NCBI GenBank assembly: GCA_964536135.1
Contig: CAZHVM010000001.1
Location: 29,268 to 93,267 of the forward strand
Source: an uncultured Candidatus Saccharibacteria bacterium
Lineage (GTDB): Bacteria; Patescibacteriota; Dojkabacteria; SC72
Direction: 5' to 3'
Length of the DNA stretch: 64,000 nucleotides
Below, piece by piece: positions 1 to 9,797 of this stretch. The notes beneath the pieces are model-generated. The model was not told where the DNA came from. It did not search any database and was given only the letters and a program-made list of their open reading frames with translations. The translations under genes were made by a program, and so were the position numbers. The stretch's first letter is position 1, and each line of letters opens with the position of its first letter.

Positions 1-389
1 TTTGAGTCCGAGAATTTCTTTGAATCTCCTATTCCAATACTAGAAATCTTCTCTAGAAATTCTTCATTTAAAAAACATGCGACTACTACAAGAGGTCCAA
101 AGTAATCTCCCTTTCCTACCTCATCTACACCAAGATGGGCAACAACATCACTGTCATCCTCTCTGTTATTTTTAACTGCAGTAATTATGTTTGTAAAATC
201 TTCACTCCCTTGGAATACCAATTTACCACTAGTGTAAAGGATTACATTGGAACCCTCAGGACTTTTCATCCGAAATTTAGCATATGGATTATTTACGTAC
301 TCCTCTTTCCATCCGTATGCTTCTAGTACATCTTCCGCATTCTCTCTTTGAACTTCATCTAATTGTATAGTGACAGTATTTTGTATCAT

Positions 390-1823
390 CTATTTCTTTT
401 GGTACTTGGTACCTTGGGCTGTATCTAAAATTACATATCCAGCATCTTCTATCTTCTTCCTGTATTCATCTGCTTTAGTATAATCTTTGTTTACTCTAGC
501 TTCATCTCTGAGCTTTGCATACTCCTCAATATCGTTTCCTAGCTCTACTTTTGTATCTTCAATCTTGTCTAGATCTAATCCTAGTACTTTGTCAAAATCT
601 AAGACAGAAGCAAGGATATCTTCCTTCTTTTCGGAAGACTTTAGTAGTTCATTTAGTATGGATAGGACTTCAGACATATTTAGGTTGTTCTCTAAAGCAT
701 CTCTAAATCTTTGAATATATCCTTCTAAAAGATTTCCTTTCTCAGTTCCAAGCTCCTTTACTCTTTTGTTAATATTTAATCTTGCATTTCGAGCACCTTC
801 AAGAGCTTCTTGGGAGAATGTAAGCTTGGTATGGTAATTAACAGATGCAAAAAGATATCTAATGTCTAATGGATCAAATCCTTTTTCTATGATTTCAGGT
901 AATGTGTCTGCATTTTTATCACTCTTGGATAATTTTGCATTATCTTTGTTTACTAGCCATTCATTATGTATCCAATATTTAACTACACCGTGTCCAAAAG
1001 CACCAATGTTTTGAGCTCTTTCATTTGGATGATGCACTGGAATATGGTCTATACCACCAGTGTGGATGTCAAAATATTCCCCAAGAATTTTTGTACCCAT
1101 CGCAGAGCACTCTATGTGCCAACCTGGGAATCCCTCCCCCCATGGTGAATTCCAATTCATAATGTGATTTGCATATTTACCAGTTTTCTTCATCCAAAGA
1201 ACAAAGTCTGCAGGATTTTTCTTCGCAGAATCCACTTCTACTTCATCCCTTACTCCAACTTCCTTCTCTTCTAGTTTCTGACCTGTAAAGATTGTGTAGT
1301 CTGGAATTTTTGTAACATCAAAGTAAAGGGCCTGTTCTGTTTCGTATGTGTATCCGTTCTGCTCCATCTTCTTAATCAGAGATATCATCTCCTCAATGTA
1401 ACTGGTTGCTCTGCACCAACCATACTTTTCAATTTCTTGATGATTTAATTCCGAGGGAATATTCTCACCAATAGGAGTAAGTACATTTAATGCTCTAAAA
1501 TCTTCTAAAACAGTATCTATATATTTATTTGCAATATCTAGTGGTTGTACACCCTCTTGCTTGGCTTGGACATCAAATTTCTCTTCACCAAAATCTTCAT
1601 CGTGAGTCATATGTCCTACATCTGTTATATTCATAACTCTCTTCACATCGTAACCTAGATACAGTAATGCTCTATGAAGAATGTCCCAATTTATATATGC
1701 TCGGATATTCCCAAGATGCATACGGTAGTAAACTGTTGGGCCACAGCTATATATTGAGATCTGCCCCTCTTTTATAGGAACAATATCTACAATCTTTTTG
1801 TCTAGTGTACTGTAAAGCTTCAT
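390..1823 (-). CDS. cysS: cysteinyl-tRNA synthetase
   Basis: Class I aaRS. N-terminal CGPTVY...HLGN (HIGH-type) motif and KLSKS (KMSKS-type) motif; length 477 aa typical of CysRS. Confidence 0.9.
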   Translation of the reverse strand: MKLYSTLDKKIVDIVPIKEGQISIYSCGPTVYYRMHLGNIRAYINWDILHRALLYLGYDVKRVMNITDVGHMTHDEDFGEEKFDVQAKQEGVQPLDIANKYIDTVLEDFRALNVLTPIGENIPSELNHQEIEKYGWCRATSYIEEMISLIKKMEQNGYTYETEQALYFDVTKIPDYTIFTGQKLEEKEVGVRDEVEVDSAKKNPADFVLWMKKTGKYANHIMNWNSPWGEGFPGWHIECSAMGTKILGEYFDIHTGGIDHIPVHHPNERAQNIGAFGHGVVKYWIHNEWLVNKDNAKLSKSDKNADTLPEIIEKGFDPLDIRYLFASVNYHTKLTFSQEALEGARNARLNINKRVKELGTEKGNLLEGYIQRFRDALENNLNMSEVLSILNELLKSSEKKEDILASVLDFDKVLGLDLDKIEDTKVELGNDIEEYAKLRDEARVNKDYTKADEYRKKIEDAGYVILDTAQGTKYQKK

Positions 1824-2446
1824 TAAATATCTCTCCTTCCTTCTAATGCTCTCTTTAATGTTAATCTATCTGCATATTCTAGATCTGCCCCCGTTGGAAG
1901 ACCCATTGCTAATCTAGATATCTTTATTTTACCCTCTTTTAGTAAATTCTTAAACAAATCTAGAATATAGTTAGATGTAGCTTCCCCCTCCAGACTTGGG
2001 TTAGTTGCTACAATTACCTCTACTGTATCATTCTCCTTCAAAAGCTCGTCTACCCTACCCTTTAATTCTGCAAACCTAATTTCATCTGCCCCTATACCAT
2101 CAGCTGGAGATATAACTCCACCTAAAACAAAATAAAAACCATCATATACCGCGGAATTCTCAAAAGCTACAACATCCAAAGGCTCCTCTACTACACACAG
2201 CTTGTTCGTTTTTCTTAACTTACTTGAACAGATATCACAAATATCTTTATCTGAAACGTTAAAACATTTACTACAGCTTTTTACTTCCAAATCCATTTGA
2301 GTTAAAGCTTTCGCCAATTTAGTAGCATCTTTGTTTGGAGATCTTAAAAAATGGTAAACCATTCTCGACGCTGACTTAGGACCAACACCTGGTAACTTAC
2401 TAAACTCATCTATAACTTGTTCTACAGATTTTGGAAGTACAGACAT
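1823..2446 (-). CDS. recR: recombination protein RecR
   Basis: N-terminal helix-hairpin-helix (LPGVGPKSA), C4 zinc finger (CSKC...CDIC), Toprim-like C-terminal half. Conserved dnaX-ybaB-recR order. Confidence 0.9.
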   Translation of the reverse strand: MSVLPKSVEQVIDEFSKLPGVGPKSASRMVYHFLRSPNKDATKLAKALTQMDLEVKSCSKCFNVSDKDICDICSSKLRKTNKLCVVEEPLDVVAFENSAVYDGFYFVLGGVISPADGIGADEIRFAELKGRVDELLKENDTVEVIVATNPSLEGEATSNYILDLFKNLLKEGKIKISRLAMGLPTGADLEYADRLTLKRALEGRRDI

Positions 2447-2447
2447 A

Positions 2448-2738
2448 TTATCCTAGCATGCTCTTTAATTGACTCAAATCCATATCTGCAACCATCTCCT
2501 TCTGAAGCTTCTTTTGATAATCCTTAAATGCATCCTTAAAGTGCTTTCTTAATTCATCTGACATATCTGGAGAAAGTAGTTGGTCATCTACACGAAGATC
2601 TTCTAATTCCTGCGCAGCATTCATGTAGAGCTTTACCAATCCATCTTTTGATTCCCCTGTAATTCTCCTCTCTCGAAGCTTCTGTTGCATTTTTTTAGCT
2701 TCACTTTGCATTCTAAGTAGTTCAACTGGATTTATCAT
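2448..2738 (-). CDS. ybaB: nucleoid-associated protein YbaB/EbfC
   Basis: 96 aa, typical YbaB size and charged helical composition; sits between dnaX and recR as in most bacteria. Confidence 0.8.
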   Translation of the reverse strand: MINPVELLRMQSEAKKMQQKLRERRITGESKDGLVKLYMNAAQELEDLRVDDQLLSPDMSDELRKHFKDAFKDYQKKLQKEMVADMDLSQLKSMLG

Positions 2739-2800
2739 TTTTATATGATGAAAATATTAAATATATATTAATATTATATCTCAATTGGGGAAGTTAAACA

Positions 2801-4423
2801 CTACATACCCTCAAAAATTGCTTCGACCTCTTTCTTCATATTTCTACTTGAAGCTTCTTTCTTCTTCGGAGGGGCAGACGGTAGATTCCGAAGAACAAAT
2901 TCTGCTTCTGATTTTCTCTTTGGTTTTACATCTTCATTAACATTACACACTACCTTGCAGTTAACACCGTATACCTTTTGGAAAGTTGTAGATATGATAT
3001 CTCTACTTCTTGGAATCTCTATTCTGTCCTTGTGGAATGCAAAAGGGACTTCAAGAAGAAGAGTATTTTCATCAAAACTAACAACCTTAGCACCACCTAG
3101 AAATGCATACAAATGACCATTAAAAGGCTTAACCTCATTAACAAACTTTTCCCACTTCGCTCTTACATCCTCGACAGAAATGTTTTCATCTATTATATTG
3201 TCTTCTTCTTCCTCCTCCTCAGATTCTTCTGTCGTCTCTTTTGGTTCTTCTTCTGTCTGTTGTATCTTCTTTTTTACATCTGTATTTACAATTTTAATTT
3301 CTTCATTATCTACCTTTGCCATTTCTGGGATTATCATTTCTAAAACAAGCCCTTGGTTGCTTGAATATTTAATCTTGTTTTCTGCGTCCAAAAACAGATT
3401 AATAAGTTTGTGAAGGATCTTTAAATCTGTATCCTTAGCAAAAACATACTCCTTAGAAACCTTTCCCTTTATCTTCTCTACCAACATAGTTCGCAATATC
3501 TCTAAGGCATAGTTTGTAAACTGTTGGAGATTAACACCCTTCTTTTCCAAATTTTCAATTACCTCTAGGGACCTTTTTCCACTTCCTTCAAGTAGGCTCC
3601 TAAGAAGAGAAATTACCAAGTCAAAATCTGGAAGACCAAGAATATCTCTTACATCTCGCTCCGAGATATTTTTAATTCCCTCACCTCTTCCACTGTAAAC
3701 AACATCTAGAAGAGAAAGAGCGTCTCTGTAGCTTCCTTTGGCATTCTGAACAAGTATATCTACTGCTTCTTTTGCAATCTTTATGTCTTCCTTCGCAGCA
3801 ACTTCCTTTAAAAGTTTCTCTATCTCGTCATTAGTACCAAGTCTGAAGTCATATCTTTGGCATCTTGAAAGAATTGTGGGCGGAAGCTTGTGTACATCCG
3901 TTGTTGCGAGAATGAATATGACATGGGCAGGTGGTTCCTCCAAGGTCTTTAAAAGGGCATTGAAAGCCTCCGTTGTAAGCATATGTACTTCATCTATGAC
4001 ATAGACCTTGTACTTACTATCTGTAGGAGAGTATTCAATCTTCTCTTTTAATTCTCTAATCTGGTCAATACCTCTGTTTGATGCTGCATCTATCTCCATT
4101 AAATCCATTAATTTACCAGTTGTTATACCAACACACACCTCACATTCATTACAGGGATTACCATCTTCCTTTGGATGAAGACAATTTACTGCTTTTGCGA
4201 GTATCCTTGCAGCACTGGTCTTTCCGGTACCACGAGAGCCTACAAAAAGATATGCTTGAGATATCTGGTTTGTTTTAACTGCGTTCTTAAGCAGCTTCGT
4301 AATATGCCCCTGACCTATCAGCTGGTCAAAATCTTGGGCACGGTATTTTCGGTAAAGGACTGAAGACATGGTATATACTAGAGTAAATATATATAGGTAC
4401 ACAAGTGAAAAATATTTGCTCAA
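2801..4423 (-). CDS. dnaX: DNA polymerase III subunit gamma/tau
   Basis: Walker A GSRGTGKTS, zinc module CxxC..C..C, AAA+ clamp-loader motifs; followed by ybaB-recR. Confidence 0.9.
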   Translation of the reverse strand: MSKYFSLVYLYIFTLVYTMSSVLYRKYRAQDFDQLIGQGHITKLLKNAVKTNQISQAYLFVGSRGTGKTSAARILAKAVNCLHPKEDGNPCNECEVCVGITTGKLMDLMEIDAASNRGIDQIRELKEKIEYSPTDSKYKVYVIDEVHMLTTEAFNALLKTLEEPPAHVIFILATTDVHKLPPTILSRCQRYDFRLGTNDEIEKLLKEVAAKEDIKIAKEAVDILVQNAKGSYRDALSLLDVVYSGRGEGIKNISERDVRDILGLPDFDLVISLLRSLLEGSGKRSLEVIENLEKKGVNLQQFTNYALEILRTMLVEKIKGKVSKEYVFAKDTDLKILHKLINLFLDAENKIKYSSNQGLVLEMIIPEMAKVDNEEIKIVNTDVKKKIQQTEEEPKETTEESEEEEEEDNIIDENISVEDVRAKWEKFVNEVKPFNGHLYAFLGGAKVVSFDENTLLLEVPFAFHKDRIEIPRSRDIISTTFQKVYGVNCKVVCNVNEDVKPKRKSEAEFVLRNLPSAPPKKKEASSRNMKKEVEAIFEGM

Positions 4424-4451
4424 AGAAGGCTCTGTGCGAAAGGATTATCCC

Positions 4452-6848
4452 CTACCCCCTTGCTTTTATTTTTTCAATTGCTTCGGAAAGCATTTGTGTA
4501 TACAAACCGTACCCAACTGAGTTAATAGTTCCAGACTGATTCTTCCCTAAGATATCTCCTGCTCCTCTAATTTCCAAATCTCTGTTTGAAAGCAAGAATC
4601 CTGAGCCTAAACTTTGAGAATCTCGCAGAGCATCGAGTCTTAAAACAGCGTTTTCCGTTAAAGTATCAAAGAAGAAATATGCATAGGCCTGCTCAAGAGA
4701 TCTACCTACCCTTCCTCTAATTTGATACATTTGTGAAAGTCCCAATCTTGAGGCATCGTCAACAATTAGGGTGTTTGCATTTGGTATATCCAAGCCATTT
4801 TCAATAATCGTAGTACACAAAAGGATGTCTGTTTTCTTAGATACAAAATCTGACATTCTCTCTGAGAGATATTTGCTCCCCATCTGTCCATGTACTACAT
4901 CTACAGCTGCTTTTGGAAACAACTCTTGCAGCTTCTTTTGAATGGACAGGATATTACCAATCCTGTTGTGCAAGAAATATACCTGGCCCTCTCTGTCCAT
5001 CTCCTTTTGGATTGCCTTTACAATACTGTCCCAATTAAAATGTTCAAAACTGTTCACAATATCCTTTCTTCCACTAGGAGGTACTGCCAAAACAGAGATA
5101 TCTCGCACTCCCATAAGAGCCATATTCAAGGTTCTTGGAATTGGCGTAGCCGTTAGAGAAAGAACATTACTGTTAACTCTCATTCCTTTAATCTTTTCCT
5201 TTTGCTTAACACCAAATTTCTGTTCTTCATCTACTACAAGAAGTCCCAGATTTTTAAACTGAACTTCATCAGCAAGCAGAGAGTGTGTACCAACTACAAT
5301 ATCCACGATTCCATTTTTTAGCCCATGCAAGACTCTCTCTCTCTCTACTTCTGTTGAAAATCTTGAAAGACTTTGGATGTTGAATGGATAATTTTTAAAT
5401 CTCTCTCGAAGTACAGTTAAATGTTGTTGTACAAGAATTGTCGTAGGAGCAAGAAATGCTACCTGAAATCCACTATTTACAACTGGGAACATTGCTCTCA
5501 TCGCTATCTCCGTCTTCCCAAAACCGACATCTCCTACAAGTAACCTATCCATGGGCCTTCCCTTTTTGAAATCTTGTTCTATCTGGTCAGTCGCAAGTAT
5601 CTGGTCATCTGTATCTGTGTATTCGAACTGTTTAACAAAGGTCTTAAAACTATCCCTATCTTCGTCTTCGAGGGTAAACACCGACTGCGCAGTCTCTCTC
5701 ATTGCATACAGCATTAAAAGCTCTTTGGCTATCTCCTCTGCACGCTCAGAGGCTTTTTGCGAAATTCTCTTCCAGCTTCCACTGTTTAAGCCAGTAAGTA
5801 TTGGCTTACCTTTACCCGCACCGATATATTTTGTTAATTTTTCTGATGCGCTAAGCGGTACATACAATTTATCCTCTCCTGTGTAGGATATTTCAATGTA
5901 GAAACCTTTGTCTCTTTCTACAACACCTACAAATTTTCCAATTCCATGGTCCTCATGGACAAGATATTCCCCTGGGGTAACCTTTTTCAAAATTTCTACA
6001 CTATTTGGATCCAAACTCTTGTTTACTTTCTCAAAGTTGGAGAGATCTATCTCTCCTAGCACTTCTAAATCTGTCAATACTACAACTTTGTTTCTTTGTG
6101 ATACAAAACCTCTGGTAGAGATATTTCTTTTTTCTGTAAATACTTGGTCTATCATTCCCAAAACATCCTTTTGGACTAATTTCTCAACTCTTTCTCCCTT
6201 GTCTGTGACATACCATATTTTAAATTTCCTACTTCTGAAATTTTTTACAATCTCTTTTAATACCTTAGGATTAGAAAAATTTTCAATACCAGGGATACTT
6301 CGCAATTCTAAATCTACATACTCATCCTCGCTCACCCTTGGGACTATATCTATAATCTCCTCACCAACGGCATCCTCATTTCCCAGATATATTTTGGAAC
6401 CTTCAGAAACAAATACTCTTTCATTTACATCTTTAATCTTTTTTCTTGTTTGAGAATCTACTACAGCCATCTCTTCAATCTTTTCACCCAAAAGACTAAT
6501 TCGCAGGACATTGTTTGTGCTAAATGGCCACACTACAACAACATCTCCTAGAACGGAAAGCTCACCTTCACACCAGACTCTCTCTACACATGTATATCCT
6601 AAGTCAAGAAGATTGGAGATATTGAACATGTCTCCTTTTTTAATTGTGAGAAGTTTCTTCTGAAGATTTTCGCCACTATCTCGAAGGAAAATTTTCTTGT
6701 TTAATATATTTCCCAGAAGTTCGGCAGAGAATTCCAAAAGGTAGGATTCTATACCAGACACTTTTTTAGTCTTTAAAATCCCCTCTTTTATCTCTTTTAA
6801 ATTTTTACTTAGCTCTTTTGTAATATTTACCACGCCATATTTTATCAA
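4452..6848 (-). CDS. mfd: transcription-repair coupling factor Mfd, short form
   Basis: CarD/TRCF RNAP-interacting motif VHEDHGIGKF, SF2 helicase motifs (GDVGFGKTE, DEEQKFGV, SLTATPIPRTL, QIRGRVGRS). At 798 aa it is shorter than canonical ~1150 aa Mfd; parts of the UvrB-homology N-domains and of the C-terminal D7 domain appear absent. Confidence 0.8.
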   Translation of the reverse strand: MIKYGVVNITKELSKNLKEIKEGILKTKKVSGIESYLLEFSAELLGNILNKKIFLRDSGENLQKKLLTIKKGDMFNISNLLDLGYTCVERVWCEGELSVLGDVVVVWPFSTNNVLRISLLGEKIEEMAVVDSQTRKKIKDVNERVFVSEGSKIYLGNEDAVGEEIIDIVPRVSEDEYVDLELRSIPGIENFSNPKVLKEIVKNFRSRKFKIWYVTDKGERVEKLVQKDVLGMIDQVFTEKRNISTRGFVSQRNKVVVLTDLEVLGEIDLSNFEKVNKSLDPNSVEILKKVTPGEYLVHEDHGIGKFVGVVERDKGFYIEISYTGEDKLYVPLSASEKLTKYIGAGKGKPILTGLNSGSWKRISQKASERAEEIAKELLMLYAMRETAQSVFTLEDEDRDSFKTFVKQFEYTDTDDQILATDQIEQDFKKGRPMDRLLVGDVGFGKTEIAMRAMFPVVNSGFQVAFLAPTTILVQQHLTVLRERFKNYPFNIQSLSRFSTEVERERVLHGLKNGIVDIVVGTHSLLADEVQFKNLGLLVVDEEQKFGVKQKEKIKGMRVNSNVLSLTATPIPRTLNMALMGVRDISVLAVPPSGRKDIVNSFEHFNWDSIVKAIQKEMDREGQVYFLHNRIGNILSIQKKLQELFPKAAVDVVHGQMGSKYLSERMSDFVSKKTDILLCTTIIENGLDIPNANTLIVDDASRLGLSQMYQIRGRVGRSLEQAYAYFFFDTLTENAVLRLDALRDSQSLGSGFLLSNRDLEIRGAGDILGKNQSGTINSVGYGLYTQMLSEAIEKIKARG

Positions 6849-6898
6849 TCAAACAAGAATATGTATAATTGAAAAGATAAAATAATAAACAGACAAAT

Positions 6899-8101
6899 AT
6901 GTTTTTAGCACACGGCCCCATTTCGTATCTTGCAAACGAGGTTATTCAGAAGAAAAAGATCTCAAATTTAAAATTCCATGAGCAAATACTGGTAAGTATA
7001 TTGGCAATCCTTTTTGGTATTCTTCCAGATATTGATTTGCTAATACTTCCAATGTTCTCTATTCCACAGTTTTCTCACCACAACTACTTTACCCATGCTC
7101 CTCTGTTCTACATAGGTATATGGTTAATACTTAAACTAAAGGTAGCCATATTCGACAGAATAGTTAACAAGAAAACTTTAGCTGTACTTCATCATGATTT
7201 AATGAATGTAATTCTCAACACCTTCCTCATAGCTACAATGGTGCATTTCCTTGCAGATACACTAACTGGAGGGATCATGTTGCTCTATCCAATTTCTACA
7301 TTCAAATTCAGTATCCTTTCTTCCTTCATGGTACCCAATCTCTTCCAACAGTATTTCCTACTCCCAGATTTCGCCATAGAGTTGGTTTTCTGTTCCATTT
7401 TCTTTGTACATATTTACAAGAAATTTTTCCAAAAGAATATCTTCTTTGATGTTCTTAAATATTTCTTCCTTTCTGCTTCTGCTATATTCCTTTTTGTCAC
7501 CATTTTCTTCAGTACCCAAACCTACAACAAAAATAAGATGTATGACAGTAATGGAAAGGAAAACTACGATGTAGATATGGATGGGTTATATGACAAGAAG
7601 GATATGGATATTGATAATGATGGTGTAGACAACATTGTAGATATTGATCTTAAGAAATTAACACAGGAAGTTAAAGATATTTCTGAGAGTGGGAAGTTAG
7701 CATCGTTTAATACTGGTTCAATTCAGTATATGTTCGGTGGTTTTGATTCATACAGATTACTTTCTCAAGCATATTTCAATATTTCATCTCCAATTGAAGG
7801 AGTTTTGAAAAATACTGTAAAAGAGAGAGAGTACTGGACCAAATTAAGCTATCCTGAGCTCCTGTATGGCTATTTTAACTCAAAATCCCTACTCAAGGAG
7901 TTAGATGTAACTCAAGAGAGTGTTTTAAATATTGGGACCTTAATATTCCTTTTGGACGAAAATGACAAAGTAGTGAATATCGCTTTGGTTGTAGATGAAG
8001 ATAGTGTTGGAGTTGTACTATCACAAGACAGACAGTTAAAAACACATACCTTGCAAGAATTGTTCGAAAGCGAATATACTAGTGTAAAGGTTACCAAATA
8101 A
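6899..8101 (+). CDS. polytopic membrane protein, YdjM-like (DUF457-type) N-terminal half with Asp-rich calcium-binding-like C-terminal region
   Basis: Multiple hydrophobic helices with His-containing motifs (HHNYFTHAP, HFLADTLTGG). C-terminal DMDGLYDKKDMDIDNDGVDNIVDID repeats resemble thrombospondin type-3 / Ca-binding Asp repeats. Family assignment is tentative. Confidence 0.4.
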   Translation: MFLAHGPISYLANEVIQKKKISNLKFHEQILVSILAILFGILPDIDLLILPMFSIPQFSHHNYFTHAPLFYIGIWLILKLKVAIFDRIVNKKTLAVLHHDLMNVILNTFLIATMVHFLADTLTGGIMLLYPISTFKFSILSSFMVPNLFQQYFLLPDFAIELVFCSIFFVHIYKKFFQKNIFFDVLKYFFLSASAIFLFVTIFFSTQTYNKNKMYDSNGKENYDVDMDGLYDKKDMDIDNDGVDNIVDIDLKKLTQEVKDISESGKLASFNTGSIQYMFGGFDSYRLLSQAYFNISSPIEGVLKNTVKEREYWTKLSYPELLYGYFNSKSLLKELDVTQESVLNIGTLIFLLDENDKVVNIALVVDEDSVGVVLSQDRQLKTHTLQELFESEYTSVKVTK

Positions 8102-8654
8102 TATCTACAAGGATTCCTTGTATGGCTTGCTGAATAGTTTCGTCAAGAATTACCTTTTCTTCTTCTGTAAATTTCATTAGTACATAATCTTCACCTTTTA
8201 TACTCTTCTCCTGCCTGTTTTCTACCCCTATTCTTACTCTTTTGAAATTGTTTGTCCCGAGTCTATCTTCTACATTTTTAACTCCGTTATGACCATTTGG
8301 CGATTTCCCAATCTGTATTTTAAATTCTCCAAAAGCAATATCTAAGTCATCGTGTACAAGTACCATATCTTCAGAGATATTCTCTATTTCCATTTTCTTA
8401 ATAATCTTGCTTACAGCATCCCCAGATTTATTCATGAAAGTCATTGGTTTAACCAATACAGCAACGATGGTAGAGGATCTTTTTACAAAGGATATCTCAG
8501 ATTGAAAGGTGTCTTCTACTCTCCATTCAGTAGCATATATATCTTTTTGGTAAAGGAATTTATCCTTAAGAGCTTCCAAGAACATAAAGCCAGCATTGTG
8601 TCTGGAGTTTGAATATTCTTTACCTGGGTTACCCAAGCCTACAATTAATCTCAT
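8091..8654 (-). CDS. pth: peptidyl-tRNA hydrolase
   Basis: N-terminal LIVGLGNPG...Y..SRHNAGF signature of Pth; 187 aa. Confidence 0.9.
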   Translation of the reverse strand: MRLIVGLGNPGKEYSNSRHNAGFMFLEALKDKFLYQKDIYATEWRVEDTFQSEISFVKRSSTIVAVLVKPMTFMNKSGDAVSKIIKKMEIENISEDMVLVHDDLDIAFGEFKIQIGKSPNGHNGVKNVEDRLGTNNFKRVRIGVENRQEKSIKGEDYVLMKFTEEEKVILDETIQQAIQGILVDIIW

Positions 8655-8665
8655 ATTTTCGAAGT

Positions 8666-9082
8666 TTACTTTAAATCTCTAAGTATATTCTCCAATATCT
8701 CCTCCTGTTTTACAAACATATCTTCTTTTTGTTTAGATATGTCATCTAGTTTTGTCTTGTGTTCAAATCCAAGTAAATGAAGGATGCCATGTATGATAAC
8801 TCTAATGAGTTCTTCTTCATAGTTTTCCACAGTCCTTTTTATGTATTTTGGGCATATGTATACTTCTCCGAGAAATCCCTCTGCATCAAGGTTAAAAGAT
8901 AACACATCTGTAACATCATCTACATTACGATATTCTTTATTGAGTCTTTGCATTTCCTTCTCATCTACAAAAATTACATTGATTGTAGATATGTCAAAGG
9001 AGGAAAATTCTTTTTGGAGAGAATTAATAACTGCATTTTCTTGTATAGATATATCGGGCCAATTGAATATCTCTAATTTCAT
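8666..9082 (-). CDS. ybeY: endoribonuclease YbeY (rRNA maturation factor)
   Basis: Zinc-binding HGILHLLGFEH motif; 138 aa. Confidence 0.85.
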   Translation of the reverse strand: MKLEIFNWPDISIQENAVINSLQKEFSSFDISTINVIFVDEKEMQRLNKEYRNVDDVTDVLSFNLDAEGFLGEVYICPKYIKRTVENYEEELIRVIIHGILHLLGFEHKTKLDDISKQKEDMFVKQEEILENILRDLK

Positions 9083-9531
9083 TTGGTTAGTATCTGAATA
9101 ACAAGATTTTTTACTGTATTACCATCTGCTTTACCAGCGGTTTCTTTCATTACAGCTCCCATTAGCTTACCCATGTCACTCATACTAGAGATATTTAATT
9201 CTTTAATCTTGTTATTTATGATTGTTTTGATATCTTCTTCTGACATTAGTTCTGGGAGATATTTCTGCAATATCTCTAATTGGGATTTTTCTTTTTCTAC
9301 AAGGTCGTTTCTTCCCATTTGTGTAAATTGGGCAATGGAATCTTCAATTTTTTTTACTTCCTTTCTGAGGATTCTCTCTTCATCTTGTACAGTCATTTCA
9401 CTTTCTTGAGTAAGTTGAGCGTTCTTAATGGATGCTATTGCCATCTTCAAGATATCGCTAGCATTAGTATTTCCTTCTTTGGAGAAGGTAAACATATCTT
9501 TTCTTAAATCATCTGTGAGAGACATTTGCAA
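9079..9531 (-). CDS. GatB/YqeY domain protein
   Basis: 150 aa helical protein with a GatB/YqeY-like N-terminus; overlaps ybeY start by 4 nt (operon). Confidence 0.6.
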   Translation of the reverse strand: MQMSLTDDLRKDMFTFSKEGNTNASDILKMAIASIKNAQLTQESEMTVQDEERILRKEVKKIEDSIAQFTQMGRNDLVEKEKSQLEILQKYLPELMSEEDIKTIINNKIKELNISSMSDMGKLMGAVMKETAGKADGNTVKNLVIQILTK

Positions 9532-9548
9532 AAGCGTTAAAATTAAGA

Positions 9549-9752
9549 TTAATTTTTAGCTCTTCTTGCTGCACTTCTTCTTCTTCTTTTCATTTTTGCC
9601 CATTCTTTTCTCTTTGCAATATCCCCAAGAGAAGCTTTTACTCTGTATGCTTTTTCTCTGTATGTTTCAAGGATCTTTTCCCTAAGAACTTCTCTGTGAA
9701 GTCTTTTAAGAGCACTATCTATATTTTCGTTAGAATGTACGATTACTGACAT
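9549..9752 (-). CDS. rpsU: 30S ribosomal protein bS21
   Basis: 67 aa, highly basic C-terminus KRRRRSAARRAKN, N-terminal VIV..NE..D.ALKR motif typical of S21. Confidence 0.85.
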   Translation of the reverse strand: MSVIVHSNENIDSALKRLHREVLREKILETYREKAYRVKASLGDIAKRKEWAKMKRRRRSAARRAKN

Positions 9753-9797
9753 ATTTATATATTTATTATGTATGCTCGGTGATTATATCATACCTGT

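Noticed and set aside
135-326. 63-aa plus-strand ORF at the window start
   Set aside because: No RBS and no motifs. The region more likely holds the 3' end of a minus-strand gene continuing beyond position 1. I could not confirm a frame confidently, so it is left unannotated.
5908-6453. 181-aa plus-strand ORF inside mfd (and similar antisense ORFs at 5551-5886, 10078-10671, 15823-16377, 16666-17205, 17228-17827, 20360-20830, 53517-53768)
   Set aside because: All lie antisense within strongly supported conserved genes and have Ser/Leu/Phe-rich low-complexity translations typical of antisense frames in AT-rich DNA.
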